A DNA stretch of 62,877 nucleotides from IMG/VR virus record IMGVR_UViG_3300046167_000556, positions 1 through 62,877 of that record. One strand, 5' to 3'. Below are positions 9,747 through 21,481 of the stretch, one piece after another. This stretch comes from a virus. Lineage: Duplodnaviria; Caudoviricetes. Within the stretch, counting starts at the first letter, position 1. The number at the start of each line of letters is the position of its first letter. The position numbers and the translations under genes were made by a program. Below the pieces are notes generated by a model that was not told the origin of the DNA, ran no database searches, and was given only the letters and a program-made list of their open reading frames with translations.

Positions 9747-9782
9747 AAAAAACGCCTCTAAATTAATTAGGGGCGTTTTTTT
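9747..9782. terminator. Bidirectional rho-independent terminator
   Basis: AAAAAACGCCTCTAA-loop-TTAGGGGCGTTTTTTT lies between the converging arms. Confidence 0.9.
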
Positions 9783-9814
9783 ATTTAAGGAAGTTTTGAG
9801 TATGGTGCTCATTT

Positions 9815-12800
9815 TTATTTTTCCTTTAATTGTTTTGCTATTTTATCTAAAAACTTTTTTCTAGCATTCTTGCTTAAATTAGCAACATATATTTGAGTTT
9901 TGTCATCTAAAGATTCATAAGCTTTTTTTCTGTTTACTATTTTTTGCTTAGCGGAATCTACTCTTTTAGCTTTAGCTTTTTCTTTTTGCTTTATTTTTTT
10001 AGTTTCTTTAAGCTGCGCTTTAATTAAATCATCTTCTTCATTTTTAACATTAACATCCCAAGTCCTAAATCCTAAAGACAATGCTAACCTTTGGTATATA
10101 GTATTACGATTATCTAGCATTTCTGCTACACTCTGTATTTCAGCGTACATACGATCCAATGGTATGTTAGCTGCACCAGCAGACAAACTACCTAAAACAG
10201 AATACGAAGGACTTAAATTTAATTTTCCATTAGCAGTTAAATCAAACCCTCGCTCTTTCATTAACTTTTCATTGTATTGATAACCTCTTATAGCTCCATA
10301 TATTTTTTTAAGCTTAGATCCAATTGGAGGCGATAGGTTGGCAACTTGTATTATAGTATAAGTTTGATCACCTGTAAAGCCTTTGTCTTTTTGCTTAAAG
10401 TACTCCATTATAGTGTTTTTAATTTGAGCTACAACAGCTCCCTCTAACACCTGTACCTCTTAAAATAGAATCTATACTACCATTAGTTATTCTTTTTAAC
10501 TTTTCAGCAGTGCTTTTATCTATTTCTTCTTCCTCCTCTTCTTCACCAAATCCAGGTATCAATGCAAATATAGCTGCGGACAAACTGTTGAATATAAGAT
10601 TTTGTATTGCTCCATAGTACATTATTTTACTAAAGTTAGAAAAATCACTTTGCAGCATAGAAGTAGTTCCAGGCATTTGACGTCTTTTAATAATGTCTAA
10701 TGCGCTTCTTTTCATTATTCTTGAATACTGCTGAGTCGTATTTTGAAAAGCTAATACTAATCTACCTAATACACTTGCTTGTTCCATAGATACTAATGAC
10801 GGGTCACTAGATTGCTGAGATTGATCAGACACTTCAATAAAATCTAAAAACGCTTTGTCTTCAGCTTGCTTTTCTGTGTACAGGTTGTTACCTTCAGCAT
10901 CTTTTTGATTTAAGTAAGTATTAATTCTATTTCTGTAAAAAGTAGCTCCACCTGATGCAATTGCAAAACTATCTGCTATTTGCGTAGGTGTAAAACCTTT
11001 TTTAAGTAACCAGCTTAACGCTGCAGTAGCTTTGTTTTTTGAATTTGCTGCTTCGTTTGCAATTTCTGCCTCATTAACATCTGCTCTCAATCCACCTCTA
11101 CGTTGTTTTAATTTGTCAGAATTAAATAATGTAGAAAAATCTTTCCAGTATTGTTTTTGATTTGCAAACGCCGCCGCTGCTTTAACAGGGTTGTTATCAC
11201 TCCAGTTTAAAAAGTTACTAGTTGAAAGTAATTGTAACAATGCTGATCTACGGTTAAAAAACATTATAGATCCTATAGAGTTGTTTAGCCAGTTATTCCA
11301 CTTGTTAACCTGAGCATTTGTTCCAGACGGTCTATTAGTACCGTTTTCCATTCTATACAAAGAATCTTTTAAAGCGGTTACATGTCTTTTACCGTATAAA
11401 GCTTCTATTTTATTTAGGTTTTCATCGCTAAATATTTCATTTACATTTTCAATCCACTCTGCTAAATATGCTTTTCTACCACCTTTTTCAGTTAAGTTAT
11501 TTATATCTGATAATATTGTACCAACATCCCAATGTTCACTAGGTTTTAACCATTCATTACTTTTTGATATTAAAACCAAGGACTCTGCATAGGCTAATAA
11601 TTCAGGATTACCTGCTACATAAGCAACTAAAGTTCCAACTTCTTTTTCATTTAAACCAGGAACAGCATAACCAGCTTTATTCCATAAATAAACCCTAACA
11701 GCTTGATCATTTGTATAATCTTTAGTAGGTATTAAATCACCTATAGTTTTAGCTATATTAGGCATTGCCTTGTTTAAAGCTTTGAAATCGTTTTTAGTTG
11801 TTTGTTTAGCAACATCAATAGCAGCTACACCTTCTGTATAAGGTCTTATTAGGTTTTTATCAAACCAAGCCATATCTTTAGTACCTTGCTTTCCTTTGCC
11901 TGAAAAAGTATAACCAGTAAGTAATCTAAAATCTTCAGCAGATGAAGGTATATAAAATTTATATTTACCTATACCCGCGCCCATTCTTTTAGCTACTATT
12001 TTAGAGTAAGTAACATCAGCAGCGACACCTTTATTTCTTTGAATTATATTGTTAAATTCTTTAGTTAAACTTAATTTGACGCCTGAATCTAAAGCTTGGC
12101 TTTCAAGTTCAGCCCTAGCTTGAGCATTTTTAACAATTACCTCAGGGTCTAAATTTGTTATAACTTTATTAATCGCATCAGCGGATTTTTTATATACATT
12201 AACACCGTCTGCAAAATATATACTGCTTTTATTTTTACTATCTAAAGCTGAAAGTCTTCCTTCTAAGAACGGGTTTGTTTCACCTAAAGCAACATCTTGA
12301 ATATCCGAAACATACTTAGCGTTAATAGTTTGATTAAAATCCAACAAAACTTCACTGTTTAACACATTCAATAAAGTAGATACATTATCAAGCGCTTTAG
12401 GATTATTTTTCAATAAAGAAAGCATGCTTAAAGTATTTTTAGCAAGAGCTATAGTAGCGCCTCCTACAGATTTTTGATGCTCTCCCTTGGGTTGTAAATA
12501 CTTATCTATACTTAAATTTGTATTTGCTCTTTTAGAAAAAAATCTTTGCTTAGTGGTTTTTTTCTTTTGGGTTTTAGATAATTTTTTCCAAGCTTTTTCA
12601 GAAGCTTCTTTTTGCGCCGCAACAGCTTCTTTATACTGTGGATGCTTTGTGTTTAGCTCTAGAGTTTTTAATTTGTTTTGTTTTGTATATCCTTTTCCGT
12701 CTTTATCTAAGTATACTGCTTGACTTCCTTCAAAAAGCTGTATTCCAACAGGAACAGCTAAAGCTTTTAAAGCATTACCAATATTAGTATTAGATTCTAG

Positions 12801-15800
12801 CCATCTTAAATATCCCGGTATTAGAGCTTCGTTTTTAGCTAATATCTTAAAAGCTTTAGAATTTAAGTATTCAAATAAAACTGTATTTGCTTTCCTTGCT
12901 GCTTTTATTTTTTCACTAAATAGTTCTTGAAACTCTTGCGCTTTTTGCTCAGCAGTTCCTTTGCTATTCGCTTGCCAACTTAAAATATCTTTGTAAAGTT
13001 TGTTACTACGTGATACTACAAATATATCGTTTTTAACAGCTTCAACCGCAGCAAAACCAGGATCAACAACTTTTATGTTTAAGGCTTTTTGTATAAACTT
13101 TCTTAAAGGGTTACTAGTATTTATGTACCTGCTGTGAAAACCTAAAAACGTTTTTGAAACACCTGGTATTTTAAATAATCCCGCAGGAACTATTTCTGCT
13201 AATTTTTCAGAAAATGCTGCTAATTCTTGTAACCCCTGTTCACTAGCGGTAGTATGCTCCGCGTATTGATTAAAATATTTTTGATACTCTTTAAAGTTTT
13301 CTATTTCCTTTTTAAACTTAGGGCTTGTAAAAACTGTTCTAACACCAGCTGAAATCTTATTAAAAGGTTTCGACCAGTAGTTATCCCATTCATCTTTTAC
13401 TTCATCAGATGAGTTTTCATACCATTCTATAAAAATCTTCAGAAGATTGATCAAACCTATTATCAACAAGTATGCTCGCGCCTACTAGAATGTCTTTACT
13501 AATTGAAAACTTAATATTACCTCTTTCAATTTGACGAGACATATCTTCTTCAAAGTTTTCTGTAATAACAACACCTAAAGCTTCTTGATTATTTTTTAAT
13601 GCTTCAGAAATAGGTCCATCTGTTTTTAAATCCTGATTAATAATATCAAAAGCAATTTCTTCACCCATAGCTTTAGCTAAAGATTCTTTTCTACCTCTAA
13701 TAGGTTTACCGTCAGGTCCCTATAATAGAACTTAAAAATAATTCGTCCGATATAGCTTGGCTTATATTAGGTACTCTTCTTATTATTTCATTACCTGATG
13801 TTTTACCTTTTGCTTCTGTCGATGTTTTTTCTCTATCTACTTTAGCTCCTTTCCATACGTCGCTATTTACAAAATTAGGAACAAATGTAGCGTCTCCAAA
13901 AGTGTTTATAACTCTTTTACCGTCTTTATCTAATAAATATTTTCCGCCTACAGATTTTTGTATAGCCTCAGGAAATGCTTTAGTTAAATAAAAGGTTGTC
14001 ATATTCTCCAGAATAGCCTTTTTATTAGCTTTAAGATAGTTTTGCAACTCGTTGTTCTTAATACCACCCATTTCTTTTTTAAGTACAATATCGGCTTGTT
14101 TTCCAATGTCCTTTTTTATCTCGGCAATAATTGGAGGTACGCTAACGTTTTTAGTTACGGAAGCATCGAACTTAGATTTTAATACTCTAACAGATGAAAT
14201 AACTTTATCTCTAACAGTTTTTAAACCATCTGTACTTAAAACTTTTTGTTGTACTAAATTTTTATATTTAGGTTTTTCGGAGTAACTGGAGCAGTTGGTT
14301 CGCTGGCTGTAATTCCTTTTGCTTCAGATACGTCAACATCAAAAGCAGAATCTGTTACTTTACCTGTATTTAAAGCACCTTTCATTCTATTGTTTAACTG
14401 AGCCATTAAATAACCGAACAAAGAATCGTTTTGCTTTGGATCAAATTTAGCGATGTAAGGAAGCATGTTAGCTATAGTTTCACTAACCATACTGTTCATA
14501 TCAAACCCAGGGAAGCGAGTTAAGGTTTACAATATTACCTTTTTTAGTTTTAAAAACTAATGATTTAGATTTTATAAGACCTTTTAATATGGTGTATATT
14601 TTAGGATTATTTTTATTAAAACCATCAGGATTGTTACCTATGTCGTCAAGCTCTTTTTTAGATTTAGCTGTTGACTCTTTTAATGCTTGGCTATCCGCTT
14701 TAACCGGTTTTGGCTTAGCTAATGCTTTGGCTTTTTGACTTACTGCGGATTTATCAAATACTACAATGTTTTCGGTGTCTCTACCAGTTATTAAATCTGT
14801 ATCTGTAAATCTAGTTGCTTTAATACCTTTTTCAGCAAGAGCTTCGTTTAGTTTGTTTAAATCCTCTTCAGTAAAAGCATTTTCAAATCTAGCATCTATT
14901 AATTCATATAAACGAGAATCGTCTACTGTCCAACCTTCAATTCTTGGCTGTATATTTAAGTCTCTTATTACTTCAAATACTTGAGCTTCAGTAGCAATTT
15001 CAGCTTCATTTATTTTAAAGCTTTGCACTTTACCGTTGCTGCCTTTAGCATATTCTTCCGCTTGCTTTTTGCTTTCTGAAAAGTAAATATTACCATCTAT
15101 ATCGTTTACGGTTTTAACCGCTCCTCCGTGAAATACTTCAATGTCTTTTTTAGGATCCTTAGCTACTACAGCTGCTTCTGCTTTCTCAGCTCTTTCAATT
15201 TTACTCTCTAAGTTGGCCTTTTGTTGTTCGTAAACATCAAAATCAATTTCACCATCTTCATACTCCGTTTCAAGTTGCTCTAGCTGTTGATTAAACTTAG
15301 TAATACTTAACTTGTCTTTTGTTAATTTTTCATCTTCTTTACTGACAGCGGTTTTAACTATAGGATCTTGTACTGTTTTTCCTCCGAAGTGACTAGCTTT
15401 ATTATAATCTTTTACAAAGTAATATGCACTTTCACCGTCTTTTAACTGGATTGTGCTTGGAAGAAATTTATTTGCAAAAAACCTAATTCTATCGATTGTG
15501 CTTTCTGTTACTTTTTGGCCATCAGCTAATACATCAGACATAGCGTTCATCGCTTCTTCGTAGTAGTCTTTTTGCTTTACAAGCTCTCCTTCAATGTTTT
15601 TATTAGCATAACTTTCGTCAATTCTAAACTTAACTTTAGCATATAGATCAGGTTGATTTTTTTGTAAATACGTTAGTAGACTTTCTCCTGCGGCATCAAT
15701 ATTGTCTTGATTCTTACCAAAGTTTTCTCTAGCGTATTTATGTAAAACTTCATGCGCAAATATTCCTGTTCTCCTATTTTTAATAGAAGATTCCATATTA

Positions 15801-18800
15801 ATTACAATTTGATTACTTCCTGATATTGCTCCTCCTTCGTAAGATCCATTATCTATAGCTTCTCTAAGCGTTGTTTTACTGCCACTTTGTGCAGGCTTGT
15901 CTAATTTCCCTGGGTCACTTTTTTCAAAAAAAGCAATAATATCCTTTTTAGTTTCTGCAACAACAAATTCAACGTTTAAACCTATATCGTCCGCAAACTT
16001 TTGAGCGTTTGTTTGCCCTTTTTGTATTCTTGCTTTATAAGTTTTATTAACGTAATTATTTAAAGCCTTATCGTTTATTTCTTTTGCAGTAGGTTCTTTT
16101 GCTCCTTCTTTTTGTTCTTCTTTTAATAATTCAATAGCTTCATCGACTTCAGCTTGTTTTGCTTCAGGTGATAAGTTAGCAAAATTGTTTGCTACATATT
16201 GAGAGCTTTCTGCAAGCATTTTTGTTTTGTAAAACTCATAACCTTGTGAGCTATCAAAAGAAACCCCTTGAGCTGCCGCGTTTTTTCTAGCAGCTTTTAT
16301 ATCTGTTTCGTTGGTTAAAATCTGCTCTCTTTCTCCAGCTAATTCATTAAACTCTCCTCTTAGTACTTTCTCTATATTTGATAGTTCACTAGCTTTTATA
16401 TTAGGATTAGCGTAAGCATCAATTAATCTTTTATTTAGTCTACGTATTTTTTTATTAACTTCACCTACTTTTTCTAAAGCTTCTGGAGATAGGTCTGTGC
16501 CTATTTTAAATAAAACACCGTCTTCTAAAGCTTCACCTTTTTTTACTAAATCATCTACAGTTTGTTGTGTTTCTGTAGGTAAGTTTAAGTTTTTTAAAGC
16601 AGGGTCAGATGGTCCTTGAATTTCTATATTTGTTAATTTTCTTAATTTAGAAGTTATATTGAATAACTCATCAACTTCTGCTCTATTTGCTAATTCGCTT
16701 ATTACAGCTTGCTTAACACCTTTAAATGCTGTAACGGCTCCAATTCCGCCACCCATTAAAGCTCCTTGAGCAAAACTTTCAAGACCTCCTTCAAAAACAC
16801 TTTTATCTTCATTTAAGAAATATACATCTCCTATGTTTTGAAATAATGTAGTTCCAAATTCAGAGCCTCCTTCAACTCTAAGGCCTTTTTCTAATTGCTT
16901 ACTAACAAACTCAAACCCCTCTTTTACTGTTTGAGGAGGCAGCATTTTAACACCGTCTTTTAATCCTTTTAAAAGTCGCATTGTACCTATTCTTTCGAAA
17001 GCTACTTCAGCTATACCCGCTAAGGCTTGGTTGCTTAGTATTTTCCAATCTTCTATTTTAAGAATGTCTGCGTCTTTATTCATTTGGGTTTCAATAGAAG
17101 CTTGCTCCAATGGATCCATATTTGGATTTTCTTTTAACAGCTTATTATTGTTTACCATTCTTTCAGAAGCTTCTTTTTGCTTAATAGCCATTTCCATCCC
17201 TTTACCACCAGCTCCAGATAAAAAGAATAAAGGCATAGCTACAGGTCCGGTCATAGCCATACCTAAAGAAGGTAGTAAATTGGGTATAGATCCAGCAACC
17301 CATCTGCCCGCATCTTTAACGCTGCTTATTTCATCGACAGTTATTGCTCTTTGAAAGTTTTCCATTTCTTTCTGCATACTGCTACCTAATGAAACTAAGC
17401 TTGTTTGTTCTTCTACTAAAGCAGATATTTTAGCTCCAGCTGCTACTTTCATTAAAGAATAAGGATCTCTAAGAATATTTAACTGAGCCATGCTATACAT
17501 AACATCTGTACCCATTGATTTAGTAGCTGAAACGAGCTGCTCTAGTCTATCGTAATTTCTATTAAAATCGTCAATAGCGTAAGGAATAGCTTTTTCTCTG
17601 TCCGCGACACCAGAGTCCTCTAGTGTTTTTTGAGCTTTTTGCAAATCATTTTGTTGCTTTAAATAAGATGATTGCAATGCAAAGGCTTGTAGGTAGTTTT
17701 CTTTAGATTGAGTCCTACTATAATTATCTAAAGCTACTTCTAATTCTTCTTTTGTGTTAAATAGAGCGGTAGCATTGTCTTTAAAGTTAGATATTTTTTC
17801 TTCGTCCTCAGAAGCTAATGCTAATATAGACGTTCTTTGCTCAGGGCTTAAGTTGCTAACGTACTCAGAAGACTTAGCTAGGGCATAGTTGTTTCTACGT
17901 TCTCTATCGTACAAAGCTATTTCATTGTCGCTAACGTCTTTTACAAAACCATTTTTTTGGTAGTCTTTATATGCTTTAAATTCTTCAGCACTATTAAAGT
18001 CTTCTTTGGTAGCTTGTTTTTTTATTTTTTTACTTCCACTTCCTTTGTAAAACCTTGCCTCTTCAGGTTTCATTAATCCAGACTCACGGTATTCTTTAAA
18101 GGACATAGTCGATGTACTATCGTCTACCTCTTGAAACTTTTTTAGCCTTTCCGCTTTTATGCTAGAATTTAATTCGTCTTTAGTTAAGTCAGGTGCTTGT
18201 ATTTGTTCAGCATAGTTTTCATATGCTACAGATTCCTTTCCGGCAGAAGTACTTAAATAGTCTAAATTACCACTTTGCTTTATGTATTGATTAATTGCTT
18301 TTGCAGAAGCTTGTAAATCTTCTTTACTTTGATTTTTTCCAACTTTAATAGCTTTAAGAAGATCAGCTAAAATACCTAAGTTAGGATCAGCTTTATCTAT
18401 ATTTGACAACGATACTGCATCAATGCTTCCTAAAGCAGTAGCTTGCTCAACAGTTATACCTAGTCTAGAAAGTTTTTTGTTTAAAAAAGGAGCTATGTCC
18501 TCTTCGCTTCCTTTACTTAATTCTTCCGGCGTAACGTAGTATTTGGATTTTGGATCAGGATCTTGTGATTCCGATGAACCATTTTCCAAGTCTAATACCG
18601 TATCGATTGGTGTTGTTTGATTGTTTGGCAGAGCATTTACACCTGCTGCACTGCCTGTTGTATTTCCCGAGTTTTCGGTTATCAACTTTAAATTGTTTTT
18701 TTGTATTAATTCTTCTACAGAAAAACCACTGTCTGCAGCAAGTGTTAATAGTTGTTGTTCAGTTATTACTTTCCCTGTTCCTTCTTGACGGTAATCGCTC

Positions 18801-18802
18801 AT
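9815..18802 (-). CDS. Giant (~3000 aa) DNA-ejection/polyvalent virion protein, split by ~5 indels
   Basis: Last and largest of three ejection-type genes. ORFs 14501-18802, 14254-14499, 13712-14071+, 13417-13668+, 10419-13469 and 9815-10450 join by single-base shifts. Contains HEVLH, ART-like and sigma-2-like motifs. Confidence 0.75.
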
Positions 18803-18821
18803 AATTGTTGTTTAATTTAGT

Positions 18822-20186
18822 TTATTGTTTTCTTCCTGTACTTCCTGTTAGTGTTCTAAAAGCTCCGTAATTTAAAGAATACTTTTTTGTTTTTTCGTTG
18901 TAATTATATAGGGGAATTTGATTTTCTTTATCATACTTATAAGAAGGAAAGCTTATAGTCCCTTTTGTGTCTACTGACGAAGCTCCTGTGTCAACTCTTA
19001 ACGCTTGTATGTACAAAGTACCTTTATCATCTTTATTACCTACAATTTTATAATTTACACCCTTTACAGGCACTTCTTTTCCAATATTTCTTGATAAAGT
19101 TACAAGATCTTTATCTGATTCATATTTATCAGGTTTTCCAGGCTTAGGTAGCTGTACGGAAATACCGTGTTCTAGATTTGCTTTCTTTACAGCTGCATCT
19201 ACGTAGTAATTTCTTATTTGTTTTAAAACAGCGTCACGGTTTTTGTAATTTTCACCTAAAGCTTGCTTAAGTGTTCCTTGTCCGTTTATTTTATCTTGCC
19301 ATATACTGTTTGCGTAGGTGTAGCTACTTGGATCGTCAATTAAGCTTGTGCTTAAGTTAGATACAGCGGCCTCGACTTTATCTCTATTTATAGTGTATAT
19401 TTCATTACCTTTTTCACCAATCTTAGTAGATGGTATTAACTCTTTTTTAAAGATGCCGCTATTTGCTAAAGCGGGTAAGTCTAATGTTTTACCACTTAAA
19501 CCCATTGCTGATAAATAAGTATCTGTTGTCCCAGAGTCATCTGCCACAGTGTTAAATATCATTTGATTAGGATTAGTTTTTAATCCGTTTGTAATATTTG
19601 AAATATTAAGTTTATAAGTTTTATCTCCAACTGTCGTAACTAAAGTTCTTGCACCGGCAGCGTTGGTTTCCATTTTGGTATTTTTACCCCCACCTTTCAT
19701 ATCTTTAACAACTTCTAAAAGATCAAGATTGTTAGTGTTACTAATAGATCCGGTTTTACCAGGTGTTACCATTAATCCTTTATTGAATTGGTCTACTAAG
19801 TATTTACCTGTACTAAGATCAGCTACTAAACTTTCAGGGTATTTATTTAATTTATTTATTTCAGCTTTAGCTTCTGCTCTTTGCTTAGGACTAGAAAATG
19901 TTCTACTCATTACATCATACTGAGCAGCAATTTTTTGCTTAGCGGCTTGGGCTTCTTCAAATATTTGCCTTTCAAAGTTATTTTCACCTTCTTCAAGCGA
20001 CAAACCCATTTTATTAACATCGTCATCAATAGCTTGTTGAGCAGCTAGACTTTCCGCTATTAGCTCTCCTTTACGTTTTCTTTCTTCGTTAGCAAATGTG
20101 TAAACATCACCAGCAAGTTTTTGTATGCCTTGGTATACTGCAGCTCCTGTGTTTATCGGTGCTGCTTTTGGATTTCTATAACTCAT
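18822..20186 (-). CDS. Probable ejection (internal virion) protein
   Basis: Position in the podovirus core-protein cluster; helical N-terminus. Confidence 0.6.
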   Translation of the reverse strand: MSYRNPKAAPINTGAAVYQGIQKLAGDVYTFANEERKRKGELIAESLAAQQAIDDDVNKMGLSLEEGENNFERQIFEEAQAAKQKIAAQYDVMSRTFSSPKQRAEAKAEINKLNKYPESLVADLSTGKYLVDQFNKGLMVTPGKTGSISNTNNLDLLEVVKDMKGGGKNTKMETNAAGARTLVTTVGDKTYKLNISNITNGLKTNPNQMIFNTVADDSGTTDTYLSAMGLSGKTLDLPALANSGIFKKELIPSTKIGEKGNEIYTINRDKVEAAVSNLSTSLIDDPSSYTYANSIWQDKINGQGTLKQALGENYKNRDAVLKQIRNYYVDAAVKKANLEHGISVQLPKPGKPDKYESDKDLVTLSRNIGKEVPVKGVNYKIVGNKDDKGTLYIQALRVDTGASSVDTKGTISFPSYKYDKENQIPLYNYNEKTKKYSLNYGAFRTLTGSTGRKQ

Positions 20187-20196
20187 ATATTATTTT

Positions 20197-21072
20197 TTAA
20201 TTTCCTCCTACTTTTTTAGGTATAATAATTTGACCAGTAATTTGAGGGTTTCCTGTAGTAACGCTTTGTACACCTGCCTGAGATTGAGAAGCTGTTGTAA
20301 ATAAGTCTTGCGCACTTGCTGTATTCGCAGTGTTTTTAGCTACTTGACTTGCCTCAGCTAATCCTCCTACGGATGAAGCTACTGCTCCTAAACCGCTAAT
20401 AGCGCTACCAATTGCACCATCTCTAGCTGCCTGATGTTGAGCTACTGCTGCTTGAGCATTTTCCACTTGAGCTTGAGCTCTATCTAATTGTTCACCTTCT
20501 CTTGCTTCAGTTGCTCTAAATACGTAGTCTTTACCAGAAACTTCTGCTTGTTGAATACGTCTAGCTTCAGACATTGATATACCTTGTAGTCTTAGTTGCT
20601 CGGACATTTTAGCTTGGTCTAATTGCATTTCTGCTTTAGCTGCATTTTGTTGGTTAGCTACTTCTTGTTGTTCAATGCTAGCAGATACACCTTTTTTACT
20701 CTGCATCGCAGCTTGAGCCAATGCAGTTGCACCTCCAGCACTTGCTCCTGTTGCAGCTAATGTATCTAATGTATTTGCTAAAGCTATATCAGCTTCTTCT
20801 ATTTGCATCTCCGCAGCTTGCGTTGCAACACCTATATTAGCCATACGATTTTTTAACATACCAGAAGCGTCAGTTGCCATACCAGCTACACTTTCAACGC
20901 CTTCATATGGATTTATAATCTCTTGCCTTGAAGCTTCTAATTCTGCAAGATTATTTTTTGCTCTGTGCGCTGCTCCTTTAGCTTTTTGTGCTCTTTGATT
21001 TGCACTAATAGCTTGTACTCCTGAACCAACTACCGCTGCACCTGCGGCTACTACTGCTGTTATTGCTGCCAT
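20197..21072 (-). CDS. Probable ejection protein (P22 gp7/T7 gp14-like)
   Basis: A/G/Q-rich with hydrophobic glycine-zipper ends; follows the GNAT-like gene. Confidence 0.7.
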   Translation of the reverse strand: MAAITAVVAAGAAVVGSGVQAISANQRAQKAKGAAHRAKNNLAELEASRQEIINPYEGVESVAGMATDASGMLKNRMANIGVATQAAEMQIEEADIALANTLDTLAATGASAGGATALAQAAMQSKKGVSASIEQQEVANQQNAAKAEMQLDQAKMSEQLRLQGISMSEARRIQQAEVSGKDYVFRATEAREGEQLDRAQAQVENAQAAVAQHQAARDGAIGSAISGLGAVASSVGGLAEASQVAKNTANTASAQDLFTTASQSQAGVQSVTTGNPQITGQIIIPKKVGGN

Positions 21073-21074
21073 AC

Positions 21075-21476
21075 TTATATATTTTTTACTATTTCATAAC
21101 TAGGGTTGTTATCTACTGCATACCCTAGCTTTTTATGTTCGTTTATAAGATTTTTACTTCTTCCAATGCTTAATACAACTTTAAACCCAGCGTCTTTTCC
21201 CCACTTTTCTAAAGAAGATATTAATAAAGCGATAGCTTCCGATTTATTTCTTTGAGTAGGATCTGAAACAATCCATTCCATCCAACATATATCAGAGTTG
21301 GTTACGTATAAAAAACCAGCTATTAAAGGTTTACCTTCTCTTTCAATCATTATACCACCTGTTCCATTTTCAGGCAATAAGTTTCTGCCTAATGGCTCCC
21401 ATTCCGGCCAAGATTTCCACCATTCAACTATAGTGTCATAATCTTCGTGTATTAATTTTCTTGCTTTTAATTTCAT
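21075..21476 (-). CDS. GNAT-fold protein (T7 gp13/P22 gp14-like position)
   Basis: Acetyltransferase-like pattern (WMEWIVSDP...HKKLGY); synteny. Confidence 0.6.
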   Translation of the reverse strand: MKLKARKLIHEDYDTIVEWWKSWPEWEPLGRNLLPENGTGGIMIEREGKPLIAGFLYVTNSDICWMEWIVSDPTQRNKSEAIALLISSLEKWGKDAGFKVVLSIGRSKNLINEHKKLGYAVDNNPSYEIVKNI

Positions 21477-21481
21477 TTAAT

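Noticed and set aside
9815-18802. Virion RNA polymerase as in crAss-like or N4 phages
   Set aside because: No DxDxD/DFDID catalytic motif in an RNAP context or T7-type motifs were seen; a highly divergent enzyme cannot be fully excluded without structure prediction.
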